23,262 nucleotides of DNA from Ginkgo biloba. Its lineage: Eukaryota; Plantae; Ginkgophyta. Position 1 is the stretch's first letter, and every line of letters starts with the position of its first letter. A model generated the notes under the pieces. The model was given only the letters and a program-made list of their open reading frames with translations. It was not told the DNA's origin and did not search any database. This document shows, piece after piece, positions 10,702 through 21,469 of this stretch. The stretch is taken from the NCBI GenBank assembly GCA_024626585.2, contig JANKJI020000004.1, positions 52,042,510 to 52,065,771 of the forward strand, written 5' to 3'. The position numbers and the translations under genes were made by a program.

Positions 10702-12548
10702 NNNNNNNNNNNNNNNNNNNNNNNNNNNNNNNNNNNNNNNNNNNNNNNNNNNNNNNNNNNNNNNNNNNNNNNNNNNNNNNNNNNNNNNNNNNNNNNNNNN
10801 NNNNNNNNNNNNNNNNNNNNNNNNNNNNNNNNNNNNNNNNNNNNNNNNNNNNNNNNNNNNNNNNNNNNNNNNNNNNNNNNNNNNNNNNNNNNNNNNNNNN
10901 NNNNNNNNNNNNNNNNNNNNNNNNNNNNNNNNNNNNNNNNNNNNNNNNNNNNNNNNNNNNNNNNNNNNNNNNNNNNNNNNNNNNNNNNNNNNNNNNNNNN
11001 NNNNNNNNNNNNNNNNNNNNNNNNNNNNNNNNNNNNNNNNNNNNNNNNNNNNNNNNNNNNNNNNNNNNNNNNNNNNNNNNNNNNNNNNNNNNNNNNNNNN
11101 NNNNNNNNNNNNNNNNNNNNNNNNNNNNNNNNNNNNNNNNNNNNNNNNNNNNNNNNNNNNNNNNNNNNNNNNNNNNNNNNNNNNNNNNNNNNNNNNNNNN
11201 NNNNNNNNNNNNNNNNNNNNNNNNNNNNNNNNNNNNNNNNNNNNNNNNNNNNNNNNNNNNNNNNNNNNNNNNNNNNNNNNNNNNNNNNNNNNNNNNNNNN
11301 NNNNNNNNNNNNNNNNNNNNNNNNNNNNNNNNNNNNNNNNNNNNNNNNNNNNNNNNNNNNNNNNNNNNNNNNNNNNNNNNNNNNNNNAACCTTCTATCTA
11401 CTATCCTTAGATATTATAATTAGTAATTATTCTAAATTCCTCCCTTATCTTAGCTTCTTGTTAGTGTGTTGCCTCCCAGTTCAATGATCTACACTTTAGG
11501 CCTATGTTTCTAAGTCCTCTCAGTCTGTGATGCCTTCCTCCTTCTATAGGATTCCATAATCAGTGATCTACCTAGGTTCCTCCTTTAATATCCCCCTTTC
11601 TCCTTCTTATCTTCCCTCTATTCTCTTCCTTCTCTTCCCTAAGATTGTGTTTCTTTCAAATTCTTAGGCACCAACAACCTTAGTTTGTGTGCTCTATTAA
11701 ATCTCTCCAACAACTCTAGCCATAATGAATTATTGGTGGTTATTACAGTAAATGAATGTACCTATAATGCCCATATTACCCTCTATCTTCCTTCACCCTT
11801 TGGCCTCCATATTCCTTGGTTTTCATAGGGGGTTACACAACCACATTCGCCACTTTTATTATTTATGAAACATTCATGCCTAAGGGATTTTTTAGCCTTC
11901 TTCTTTTATGAGGCGAGGGATTTCAATTGTTTCTTGATCCATGTACAAGTGTAGATGTACAACATCATTGGAATTTTCTACTACGATTGAGTTGGTGTAC
12001 AATTATGACATTCTTAGTCATCTGCCACTCCTCACCATGGCCTTTCGCTTATCAACACTTTGCTCAAATGGATATACAATCCACACCCCTAACACATCAT
12101 ATTTCACCATTCATTTAGTTCTATGAGACATCAAGAGATAATTTCATTAACAAATAAAATACTAATGTCATTAATAAAAATCCAAACCTTTGACATCATG
12201 AGGGTTCGATACTAAGTATCCACCAAATTATCAAAAATTGCACCTCTAACAATGATATCGGGAAGCTTCTGCACCATCAAGTAATTAAAATAGCTCAATT
12301 ATAAAAGCATAGCTTTGATTTTATGCTTATTGTATATTATATAGGGTTTAGGTATATAAAAAAGTGATTATTGTTAATTATTAACCAAACCATTAATAAG
12401 TGTTGATCTAACTAGCAGTAGTTAAAAATAGGTTTGATTCAATGGATGCCCATTTCCTTAAGTGATTAAAGTGTATATGTTTTCATATTACTTTGAAATC
12501 ATTATTTATAGTTTTTTAACTTAGACCTAATTAAGTATAAATATTTGC

Positions 12549-12751
12549 CAAATTTATCATAAATTACTAGCAAAATATTTATATTCTTAAGACATTTGCC
12601 TATAATGTATATATTCGTCAAATTTAGCATAAATTACTAGCTAAATATTTATATTCCTCAAACATTCGCCTATAATGTATATATTACCTACTTTATATGT
12701 TAAAATTATTTGCCAGTTAATTATACTTATAAAAAATAAGGTAATCCTTAA
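12549..12751 (+). repeat. 70-bp tandem duplication (12549-12618, 12619-12688) and dispersed repeat copy B
   Basis: CAAATTTAKCATAAATTACTAGC.AAATATTTATATTC...CATTYGCCTATAATGTATATATT occurs twice with a 70-bp period. The second unit plus its downstream sequence matches 7925-8055. Confidence 0.9.
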
Positions 12752-12821
12752 GATTTTCCCTGGATAAAAGAATGAATAATACTTAGTAAGGAGTAAAAGA
12801 CTAGTCTTAAGTAGTATGAAG

Positions 12822-12838
12822 TTCACATGGTATCATAG
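12822..12838 (+). mobile_element. LTR 3' end (…TTCACA) followed by tRNA-Met PBS-like TGGTATCATAG
   Basis: CA is immediately followed by TGGTATCATAG, one mismatch to TGGTATCAGAG. It lies 70 bp downstream of a repeated block. Confidence 0.55.
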
Positions 12839-13372
12839 ACCAATAATGACTTAATAATTATAAATCACAAAAAAGTAACAAAAAAGTAAGGAACTAATAA
12901 TTAAAGTGATATTTATTATAACCTTAAATCAAGTGTCTAGNNNNNNNNNNNNNNNNNNNNNNNNNNNNNNNNNNNNNNNNNNNNNNNNNNNNNNNNNNNN
13001 NNNNNNNNNNNNNNNNNNNNNNNNNNNNNNATTTTTATTCTTCATGTTAATTATGTTAGGACTCATAATTAAATATGTCCAAGGGTACCATAGGTTAATA
13101 GTTATTTTACTTACAAAAATAAGAAAATGCACAATTATTTGAAGGTAGGGTTGAGCACCCTAGGGTTTAGGAATTAATGTTACTTTTTTATTAACCTCAC
13201 TAATGACTATAGTTGTACTCAATTTATTTTTATTTTATATCATTACCATTATATTCTTGACCCTTAGTTTATNNNNNNNNNNNNNNNNNNNNNNNNNNNN
13301 NNNNNNNNNNNNNNNNNNNNNNNNNNNNNNNNNNNNNNNNNNNNNNNNNNNNNNNNNNNNNNNNNNNNNNNN

Positions 13373-13399
13373 TTAGGTCACAACATGCCCCTCCCTCTT
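13373..13399 (-). mobile_element. Polypurine tract and start of 3' LTR of chromovirus
   Basis: The minus strand reads AAGAGGGAGGGG-CA-TGTTGTGACCTAA directly after the chromodomain. The LTR starts at 13385 and runs into a gap. Confidence 0.8.
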
Positions 13400-14680
13400 G
13401 GAATTCTTTTCACTCAAAGCATTAGTAGGTTGGGGTGTCCTTTGATGAAGTATTCATTCTACCATGATGCCTCTTCTATGGGTAAGTTCCTCTATTTTAT
13501 CATATATTCCTTTATCTAGACATGTATTAATACTTCTGTATGAATATTTACGATTCCTTCTAGTTCTAGAATAAATTTTCCTTCTTCATCTATCGTTGAT
13601 ATCTTTGTTTATGGTACAATATTAGCGTTGATCTTCCTTTTAAGGAAGGAGACATAGAATATGCCATGTATATTAGCTTTATTTGGTATGTCGATGATGT
13701 AGACAACTTCTCTTATCTTATACCTTACTCTATATGTACCATAGAACTTTGGTTGCAACTTATCCTTCCCCTTTAGTTTTAAGGATAATTTTTTATAGAG
13801 TCAAGTGAACAAACACCATGTCATCAACTTTAAAACTCCTTTCTGATCTTTTATTGTCAACTAGTTTCTTCATTCAATTTCTTACAATGTCTAGATTGTT
13901 TTTTAGTATTCTTATGATCTCTTCAAATTCTTTTACTAGATATTATACTCCTAGAATTATTGATTATGTTGTCATGTGGTCTTTTACTACGGGTGGTTCA
14001 TATTCATATAGCTCTGTGAATGGGGACATTTTTATTGAAGAGTGATATGCTAAATTATACCACTATTCTACCAAATGTACCCATTTATACCATTTTCATT
14101 GTTTATCCCCTATATGTCTTCACATATATCCTTCCAAGCACTTGTTTACTATATCAATATGGTCATTTGTTTGGGGATTATATGTTATACTCATATTAAT
14201 TTTTTTTCTTTCCATAAGTTGCTCATGAATTTGGGATCATGATCATAAATTATCCTTTTAAGGAATCTCTGGTATTTGTAAATATACTTCGCAAACAACT
14301 CTACTATATATGGTTCCTTTTATCTTGTGCATATTGAAATTAAATGTGCATATGTCATTATCTTATCGACCACCACCCACATTTCATCCTTTCCTTTTGA
14401 TAGTGATAATCGTATTATGAAGTCCATTAAAATTTCCTCTCACTTTGGTTAGGTATATTCAGTGTCTAGAGATTCCCTGGTAGAGCAACATTATTTATCT
14501 TTTTCCTTAGGCATATATCACATTCTACTACATGTTTCTCTATATCTCCTTTCATTCTTTTCCAAAATAAATTTTCCTTATATTTATGCATGTCTTCTTG
14601 TAGATAATTTTGAAATTGAATTCTTGAATATTGTCTACCCATTTTCTTTATTCATATATAAGTGTTTCTTTCTTCAATAT
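13400..14680 (-). mobile_element. Degenerate Ty3/gypsy chromovirus integrase + chromodomain
   Basis: Minus-strand motifs: EEILMDFI, WVVVDKIMTYAHLI (VVVDRLTKYAHFI), DHDPKFMS, YNPQTNDHIDIVNKCLEGY (YHPQTDGQTEVVNKCLE), KLQPKFYGTY, IHGIFYVSFLK, and chromodomain IKEYMIK*RNLPIEEASW. Many stops are present. Confidence 0.92.
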
Positions 14681-14959
14681 ATGCNNNNNNNNNNNNNNNN
14701 NNNNNNNNNNNNNNNNNNNNNNNNNNNNNNNNNNNNNNNNNNNNNNNNNNNNNNNNNNNNNNNNNNNNNNNNNNNNNNNNNNNNTGCACAAAGAACACGT
14801 AGCAACATCGGGTCGCTCTCGACTCTCGAGTCTCAAACCGTGCCCGTTCCCCTTGTAATGCTTCAAAATAGTGCAAACACTAACGTTTTTAATGTTTTGC
14901 TTTTGCTTCGACAGGACCCACTGGAGTGACATTAACCTAGTAACAGTTGAGGGTGGAGG

Positions 14960-15895
14960 TGCAGATGGGTTTCCAGCCCAAATTCCAATTAACTAGGCTC
15001 AAGCAATACTTTCTGATTGCGTGTTGCAGGCATGTCCAAACGGTAGGCTGTACTTAGCAGTCAAGCCAGTTCATTTGAAAAGTGGGCTTTGGGAAGTTGG
15101 GAACACATATTTCCAGGAAGTGAGCATGTGCTTGTGTAGAAGCTCTGGAGCAGGGCGTGGAAATCTATAATTCCATAATAAGTATCATCGATGATTTGGT
15201 GGGGAGTGCACTTGAAGCAATACATGCGAAGTTCATATTTGTAGAGAATCCACGCCATGCATGAAGAACAAATTTCACGAAGAAAAGTATTTTGAATCGT
15301 AGAACGGGCTATGTCACGGGATCATGATACTTTTTGAATACAACTGCTAGGTTTAAAGCCAATGGCATCACATGGAATTCTATGTTTGTCAAGCATATGC
15401 ATGAGAGCCTGAAAAAATTTTCGTCAAACGCAACTGGAAAGGCGATTCAAGCCTACCCTAGGAGAAGCCGATTTTAGTGGGATGTTTGTTTCGTGTGCTT
15501 TTGAGTCTAAGGCGAGGTAGATCTGCAAGTTTCGAGGATAAACACCATATGCTTGACAAAATGCTTCACAGAGATATAGTCTCATGAATGCGGCGATTGC
15601 AGGCATTACTCAGACCGGCCACTTTGACGAGGCCCTGAAACTTGTTCGTCTGGTGCGACCTGCAAGAATGAAACCCAATGTGGACGNNNNNNNNNNNNNT
15701 AAACTTTTCTCTCACGACATATGGCCAGCTGGTTGTTCTTCAAAAGGCCAAGGAGATTCAAAACAGATTCGACCGTGCATCTTTACAGGGAACGCACTTA
15801 TAGACATGTATGCCAAATGCTGGAGTACAGAGGTTGGGCTGCAAAATGACCAGAAGACATATGGCCTCCTGCCATGCCATGAATACGTCTTATAC
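14960..15895 (+). pseudogene. PLS-class pentatricopeptide repeat (PPR) pseudogene
   Basis: ACACVEALEQGVEIY...VGSALEAIHAKF..VENPRH* (from 15124); DKMLHRDIVS[frameshift in W]NAAIAGITQTGHFDEALKL...MKPN (15553-15680); GNALIDMYAKC (15788-15820); KMTRRHMASCHAM. These are P-, L- and S-motif signatures broken by stops, frameshifts and deletions. Confidence 0.88.
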
Positions 15896-16359
15896 GTCAA
15901 AAGCATTTCATTGTCAAATTGAACGAGAAGGTATAAAGGAAAATTCANNNNNNNNNNNNNNNNNNNNNNNNNNNNNNNNNNNNNNNNNNNNNNNNNNNNN
16001 NNNNNNNNNNNNNNNNNNNNNNNNNNNNNNNNNNNNNNNNNNNNNNNGGATCCAAGCAAGTATAACCATATAGACATCCATGCCATCAAGAAGTCAAATG
16101 GTGAGACTACAAATGCGCATCCTCAGAACATTGGTTCAACTTCACTAGGAGAACCAAACCTATGAAAAGCTCAAGATTGAAGAAATCAAGCAAAGGAGAA
16201 TGACGAGAAGAGATGAGGATGCAAGCATACACAAATCAATATTTTAAGGGAAAACATATCAAGAAGGAAAAAATAGACTCCTAGACCTTGAGAGGTGGGT
16301 CTATAGATGCAAAAGTTAGAGCAGACAATGGCAACCCATGTTTCAAGGGCAAAGCATAT

Positions 16360-17071
16360 GAAGAGGGGATGGCATGTTATGTCCTTAATGCAATGGATAT
16401 GACTACGGTCAATTGTAACAATAATGTAGGGATAAGTGGTGGTCCATGTTTTAAAGGGTAACCACAAAAATGTGATAAATAGAGNNNNNNNNNNNNNNNN
16501 NNNNNNNNNNNNNNNNNNNNNNNNNNNNNNNNNNNNNNNNNNNNNNNNNNNNNNNNNNNNNNNNNNNNNNNNNNNNNNNNNNNNNNNNNNNNNNNNNNNN
16601 NNNNNNNNNNNNNNNNNNNNNNNNNNNNNGAGCGTTATTTGTAACCTTTTGGGATTTTGAAGCGTGCTTTTTATTATCATATGGTGAATGGTTCATATAT
16701 ATGATTCAGGTTAGATATGAAATAGAGGGATCATTGTTGGCTTTAAGATAACAATGGTAGGAAAGTCAGCAAACCTAAGCAAAGCCACAAGATTTATCTA
16801 AGGCTTAGTGGTGGTGACAGTCGAGTCTAAGTCTAAAATGACCAACGGGGTCTAAGGGGCAGCACCCCCTGGTAGGGGTCCTAGGGCCATAGTTCTTGGC
16901 TATTACAACCTAAGAAAGTCAAGCAAATCTTATGTTTGTAAGTGTGAAAAAGTCTAAGTTATCTTTAGAGGCTAGTGCATGTATCTTGCGATTATTGGTT
17001 AGTACTTCGGATAAAGAGATTAAGAGAGAGAAAATTGTGAAGAGAAGGGCCATTAGGGAGCTCTAGTAGAG
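16360..17071 (+). mobile_element. PPT plus putative LTR (starting TGTTATGTCC at 16375) of a second gypsy element; right end undefined
   Basis: GAAGAGGGGATGGCA-TGTTATGTCCT matches the PPT/LTR junction at 13399-13375 at 20/25 positions. The downstream sequence is non-coding, carries a GC-rich GGGGTC...GGGGCAGCACCCC motif and is broken by gaps. Confidence 0.55.
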
Positions 17072-18041
17072 NNNNNNNNNNNNNNNNNNNNNNNNNNNNN
17101 NNNGAAAAGGGCCACAAAGTGCTTCTTGGGACATGGGACTATCCCAACATTAAGCTGAACCCTTATGTGGTGGATTTTGACCACGATTTTGCATAAAGAG
17201 AGGCGTTTATGGGCTTAAGCAGCCCATGAGACATCATATCATTCCTCTCTGCAAGGTGTTCTCGCTCTCGTGGCTATTTTTTGCATTTTGACTGTAGAAC
17301 CTTAACCATGGAAGTTATTGTTTTTCTATCACTGTTACTTTCTTCATATTTGGAGTTCGTCCTTTAGCATTATAGTGACTTCCAACTTGATTGAATAATT
17401 GATCAGGTCTCTTCCTTAGAGGATGGCGACCTCATTGGAGGTGTGAATTCAGAGTTTTGCAACATCTAGAACAAGTCAGAGGACCTCTATAGTACCCAAT
17501 GATTGGCTTTTACGCGTGGGTTGTGTCCTATTTGGCCTTTGAAGCAAGTCATTGCACTTGGACATGTAGGACTGGGAAGCTTTTCCATGAACGCATTTTG
17601 GATCAATAGTCTTACATTAGACGAGTTAGTTCTTTTTTCTTCAAGTATTTCTAAACTGTAGTGTTGTTGTCATTTCCAGAGTCCATAAAATAGGAAAGAC
17701 TCCTTAGATTCCAAGAATCCCTTCTTAAAGGCAGGAAAGAGAGTCTTTCAATTAGAAGAAGTTTGTCCCTAATTAATCATCTCAACAAGCCTCACAGGAC
17801 GAGGGTAAGTGAAAAGTTGTGGATAAACCCCAAAATTAGANNNNNNNNNNNNNNNNNNNNNNNNNNNNNNNNNNNNNNNNNNNNNNNNNNNNNNNNNNNN
17901 NNNNNNNNNNNNNNNNNNNNNNNNNNNNNNNNNNNNNNNNGTTGGGCGACTCTGTTTGGCCCATAAAAGAAGACCGACCATGATCATTTCCAGAAGATCT
18001 TCTATCTGGGGGACGTGAGTGGTTGACGTTGCCACAGTTAT

Positions 18042-18149
18042 GATTGATGTTGTTGCAACTGGCAAACAACCTACTAAGATTGATGTTGTTGTAATCGATG
18101 AATAGTTTGTCGTGATTGATGTTGCTACAACTGATGACCAAAGTGTTGC
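18042..18149. repeat. Degenerate 36-bp-period tandem repeat (GATTGATGTTG core x3)
   Basis: Cores at 18042, 18078 and 18114, with a related partial unit at 18021. Confidence 0.8.
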
Positions 18150-18169
18150 AATTGGTGTGTGTAAAACCT

Positions 18170-19455
18170 CAAGCGTACATATTGCAGGATACGAACTTTG
18201 AGTGTCCTTGCTCGAGCCATGGATCAAAATGTGCATGCTTGAGAGAAAAAATTTCAACACTACTGGTAGTTGTTGTACTATCCCCTTGAAAATTTTCAAA
18301 ATACCAATAGTGAAAATCACAACTGTATAAGACTATGCCCATCAATGATGGGTTTTGAGCCAAAATGCACATTGGGTGGAATTTGAATGCTTACTTGCTA
18401 ATAATCACTCTAAGGTGCAGTTGGAACTATCCAATTGTTAGACTTTTGCTTAGTTTCGACTCTGCAGGGAAGCCATTGTGCGTGCAACCCGAGTCTTATT
18501 CAAATCTCCATGCCTAATTCAAATCTTATGTGACCTCCTACAATTTATCTTCTAGCACCTTTGTTGATTCTTTTGCCTTCTTATAGACCATCATAGATTT
18601 CACTCTATCATATTGTAGATCAAATCTCTCTTGATGATCACAATCAACCTCTAGAATCCATTCTCCTAATTTTGGAATAATATGTTGCAAGCCCTTCGGA
18701 ATTTTTTGTCAAAGTGTGAAACAAATTGTTGGTACGTTTCAGTGGTTGGATCTCTTTCTTCCAACCATACGTCCAAACAGTGAGAAAGAAATTTTCTTTT
18801 TCAGCTTCCATTGCTTGAGCTTAAGCCTATCATGTTTTTAGAGAGATTCCTTTGTTAGGGTCTTTCATCTTTGAAACCAAATGTCGCACCAAGTTTTAAA
18901 TCATATTTGTTGTGAAGGTCATGTCCAAGCTTCATAATTGGACAATTTACATTTGGACATCAATCTGTAGCTCAACATCCGGACATTGTGCAAAGTATAG
19001 TCCTATAAAAATTGATGGCAAGAAGAATGAAGGAGATCAAGGAGCTTTCTTGATACACTTTAGTAAAGATAGGAGCTTGAATTTTGTAAAAGCACACCAA
19101 TTGTATTGAGTTCCTTCTTTTACCCACTAAAGCATAGTTCTTAGCTAGATAGGAATATGAAAATTCTTTTGGTTTCCCAAGAGTTGAGCTGTGATAAATT
19201 GTGTTACCTATAGGAGTTGCTCTTGCTTTAGGCCATTAATGCGAATGCTAATAGAAGAAGCATTTGAAGCTTTTGGGAAAACTCTTGGGCAATAACTTGC
19301 CTATTGTCTGAATCCCTCAAGCAAAACTCTTGGGCAATAATTTGCTTGTCTACCTTCCCAGCCAAGGCAATTTCCATCTCTTGGATAAGATGACGGATAA
19401 CTTTGTGGATAGCCTGGTCTGTAATTTGCAGGGCATCTAGACATTTGGCTACCAT
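18170..19455 (-). mobile_element. Possible highly decayed gag-like coding remnant
   Basis: Weak motifs only: LDVWLEERDPTTETYQQFVSHFDKKF (~18790-18700), possible knuckle relics CAFW...DGHSLIQ (~18372-18325) and WLEQGHSKFVSC (~18220-18185), and an in-frame 45-bp repeat near the 5' end. Confidence 0.3.
19278..19345. repeat. 45-bp-period duplication (AAAACTCTTGGGCAATAAYTTGC)
   Basis: An identical 18-mer at 19278 and 19323 encodes KQIIAQEF / RQVIAQEF in the 19228-19455 ORF. Confidence 0.85.
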
Positions 19456-20210
19456 GTCAATAAATGAAGTTAGAGACTTTGACTCATAGTATATTAGTGG
19501 AACCCATAAGTAAGTGTCATGCTATAGCTTCTAATGCTTTAAACAATGGGTGTTCAAAAGAGAATCCTTGGAATTCCATTTGCATTTTTGGTACATTGCG
19601 TTTACGAATTTCTATTGAGAGCACTGGAGGATTTTCCATGCAAAGGAATCATTTGATCAAGCCAAATGATATTGGATGCGGAGCGCACNNNNNNNNNNNN
19701 NNNNNNNNNNNNNGGAAGAATTTGATAATAGCCAAGGCCAAAGAACTAAGAGCAATGTATTGTTTAACATGCCAGAAGGGTTGGGAAGGTTAAATATTGA
19801 ATGAGAATAATGCCATTTGAGGTGGTGAAATGAGTTTAAATTGGGCTTGATGCCTTTTCCCTCAATGTTTTATGATTGCGACTTTAGGGTAGACGTGATT
19901 GGTAGCCATCATAACTTAGACTGCTCTATAAGATCTCCTCTTATGCTTGAATTCATAATGTTACATTGCTTTATTATGCCCCTTGTTTGATTTAATGGTT
20001 GTATTCTTGCCAGACACAATATGGTGTTTAGTTGTTAATGCTATGTTGGTTGATAACTAATGCCGGTTGATAGTACTGTGCCTATTATTACGATTGTCAA
20101 AATATCTATCCCGATTGCAAGACATGTTAGTCGTTGCGATAACACTTTGGTTTCCATGACACGCTAGTTGTTACAATAATACTTTGGTTGCAACCATCTT
20201 TATAAAACAC

Positions 20211-21359
20211 CTAAGTTACTTGGAAACGAACCTGAGGGTCTCGGTTCTGTACCCAATCCATCCCAAGAGTGGGTATGGATGGGGTACAACAAGGAAATGT
20301 TTCTCAGTCGTACCTTGCCTATTTTTGGATCGAGTACAACTACATGCCATTTCCCGATCACTTCCTGGCAAGAAGTGACCATTTTCCCCTCTTGTTTTTA
20401 TCCTCAAAAAATTCAAAAAAAGAAAAGAAAAGGAAGACATACTAAAATCTAAAAAAGAAACCCTCACTTTCATTTTCAAGCATAAATAAACCCTTTTGGC
20501 CATTCTAAACTCATCTTCTTGTAAATTTTTCATTGTTGTGTTTCCTCTTGAACTCTTGTGTGCAAATTTTCAATTGTGGGCAACATTATTCGCATTCTTC
20601 AACAAGTTTTTGGTGTGGGCAACAAAATAGAAGTCAAGATAAAAAGGATAATTTTGCTTGTGGGCTGATTTTTTGTGCATAGCATGTTGCTTCTCTCTTT
20701 ATCCCTCATTCTCTTCTTTCCTACAACTTGCAATTAATGGCAACCCCAGAAACCTTAGTTGGAAAAGGCAAAGATGATGGAGATAACAGAAAGGGTGCTC
20801 TTTAGAAGTATATGACTATTTTGTCAAGGACACAAAGAGGAAGTTGCAAGAGATGGTAATGCAACGAGTGTAGGAAAGCATATAGTGGTTCCCACTCTAG
20901 GGTTGAAGTCCATCGCTTTCGCATCATCACATTTGGAGTGAATGTATGTCTGAAGGTGAGCAATGCAAAGGAGGGTTTCATGAGAGAGTAAGGCGTTGTT
21001 GAAAAGGGATTTTGTGAGAGGATCCATCAACCCTTTCTAAAAGAGGTCCGGCTCTACGCATGCACCTATGCCAAATGCTATCAATGCACCTCATAAGAAG
21101 ACCAAAGAAATGGGGCAGTTGGAGAAGATGATGGACATCTATGGGAGAGATGAAGTTGAGAGTTGTGTTGCAAGATGCATTTATGCATGCAGTATATTAT
21201 TTAATTTGGTTTGTTCCCCTTTCTAGTAGGATATGGTGAGGGTCATGAATGATGGACCTTAGGGATATTAAAGTCCATTTCTTAAAAAGGTGTGTACAAC
21301 ATTGCTCACAAAGTAAAGGTCTCTTGTGGAGCAGATTATGGAACCCATCACAACTTCTT
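20211..21359 (+). mobile_element. 5' part of a hAT DNA transposon: candidate TIR/subterminal region and pseudogenised BED-finger/DUF659 transposase
   Basis: From the ATG at 20737: AL*KYM...RW*CNECRKAYSGSHSRVEVH...GVNVC (BED finger). After a frameshift near 21010: GQLEKMM...GRDEVESCVARCIYACSILFNLVCSPF**DMV...GP*GY*SPFLKKVCTTLLTK (DUF659 consensus ARxxYAxGxxFNxxRSPYW..M...GYKxPxYEKxRTTLL). Candidate left end CTAAGTTACTTGGAAACG at 20211, followed by GTAC/GTACC subterminal motifs. Confidence 0.88.
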
Positions 21360-21469
21360 NNNNNNNNNNNNNNNNNNNNNNNNNNNNNNNNNNNNNNNNN
21401 NNNNNNNNNNNNNNNNNNNNNNNNNNNNNNNNNNNNNNNNNNNNNNNNNNNNNNNNNNNGGAATAATGA

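Noticed and set aside
10608-11423. 271-aa ORF and other long X-containing ORFs
   Set aside because: Their length comes from N runs, and the real residues show no coherent protein.
12050-12112. Minus-strand VKYDVLGVWI resembling gypsy RNase H VECDASGVGI
   Set aside because: It is a single short, mismatched motif with no recognisable flanking RNase H motifs.
18021-18149. CRISPR-like repeat/spacer pattern
   Set aside because: The period is only 36 bp, the core is short and degenerate, the variable parts are mutually related, there are no cas genes, and the context is eukaryotic.
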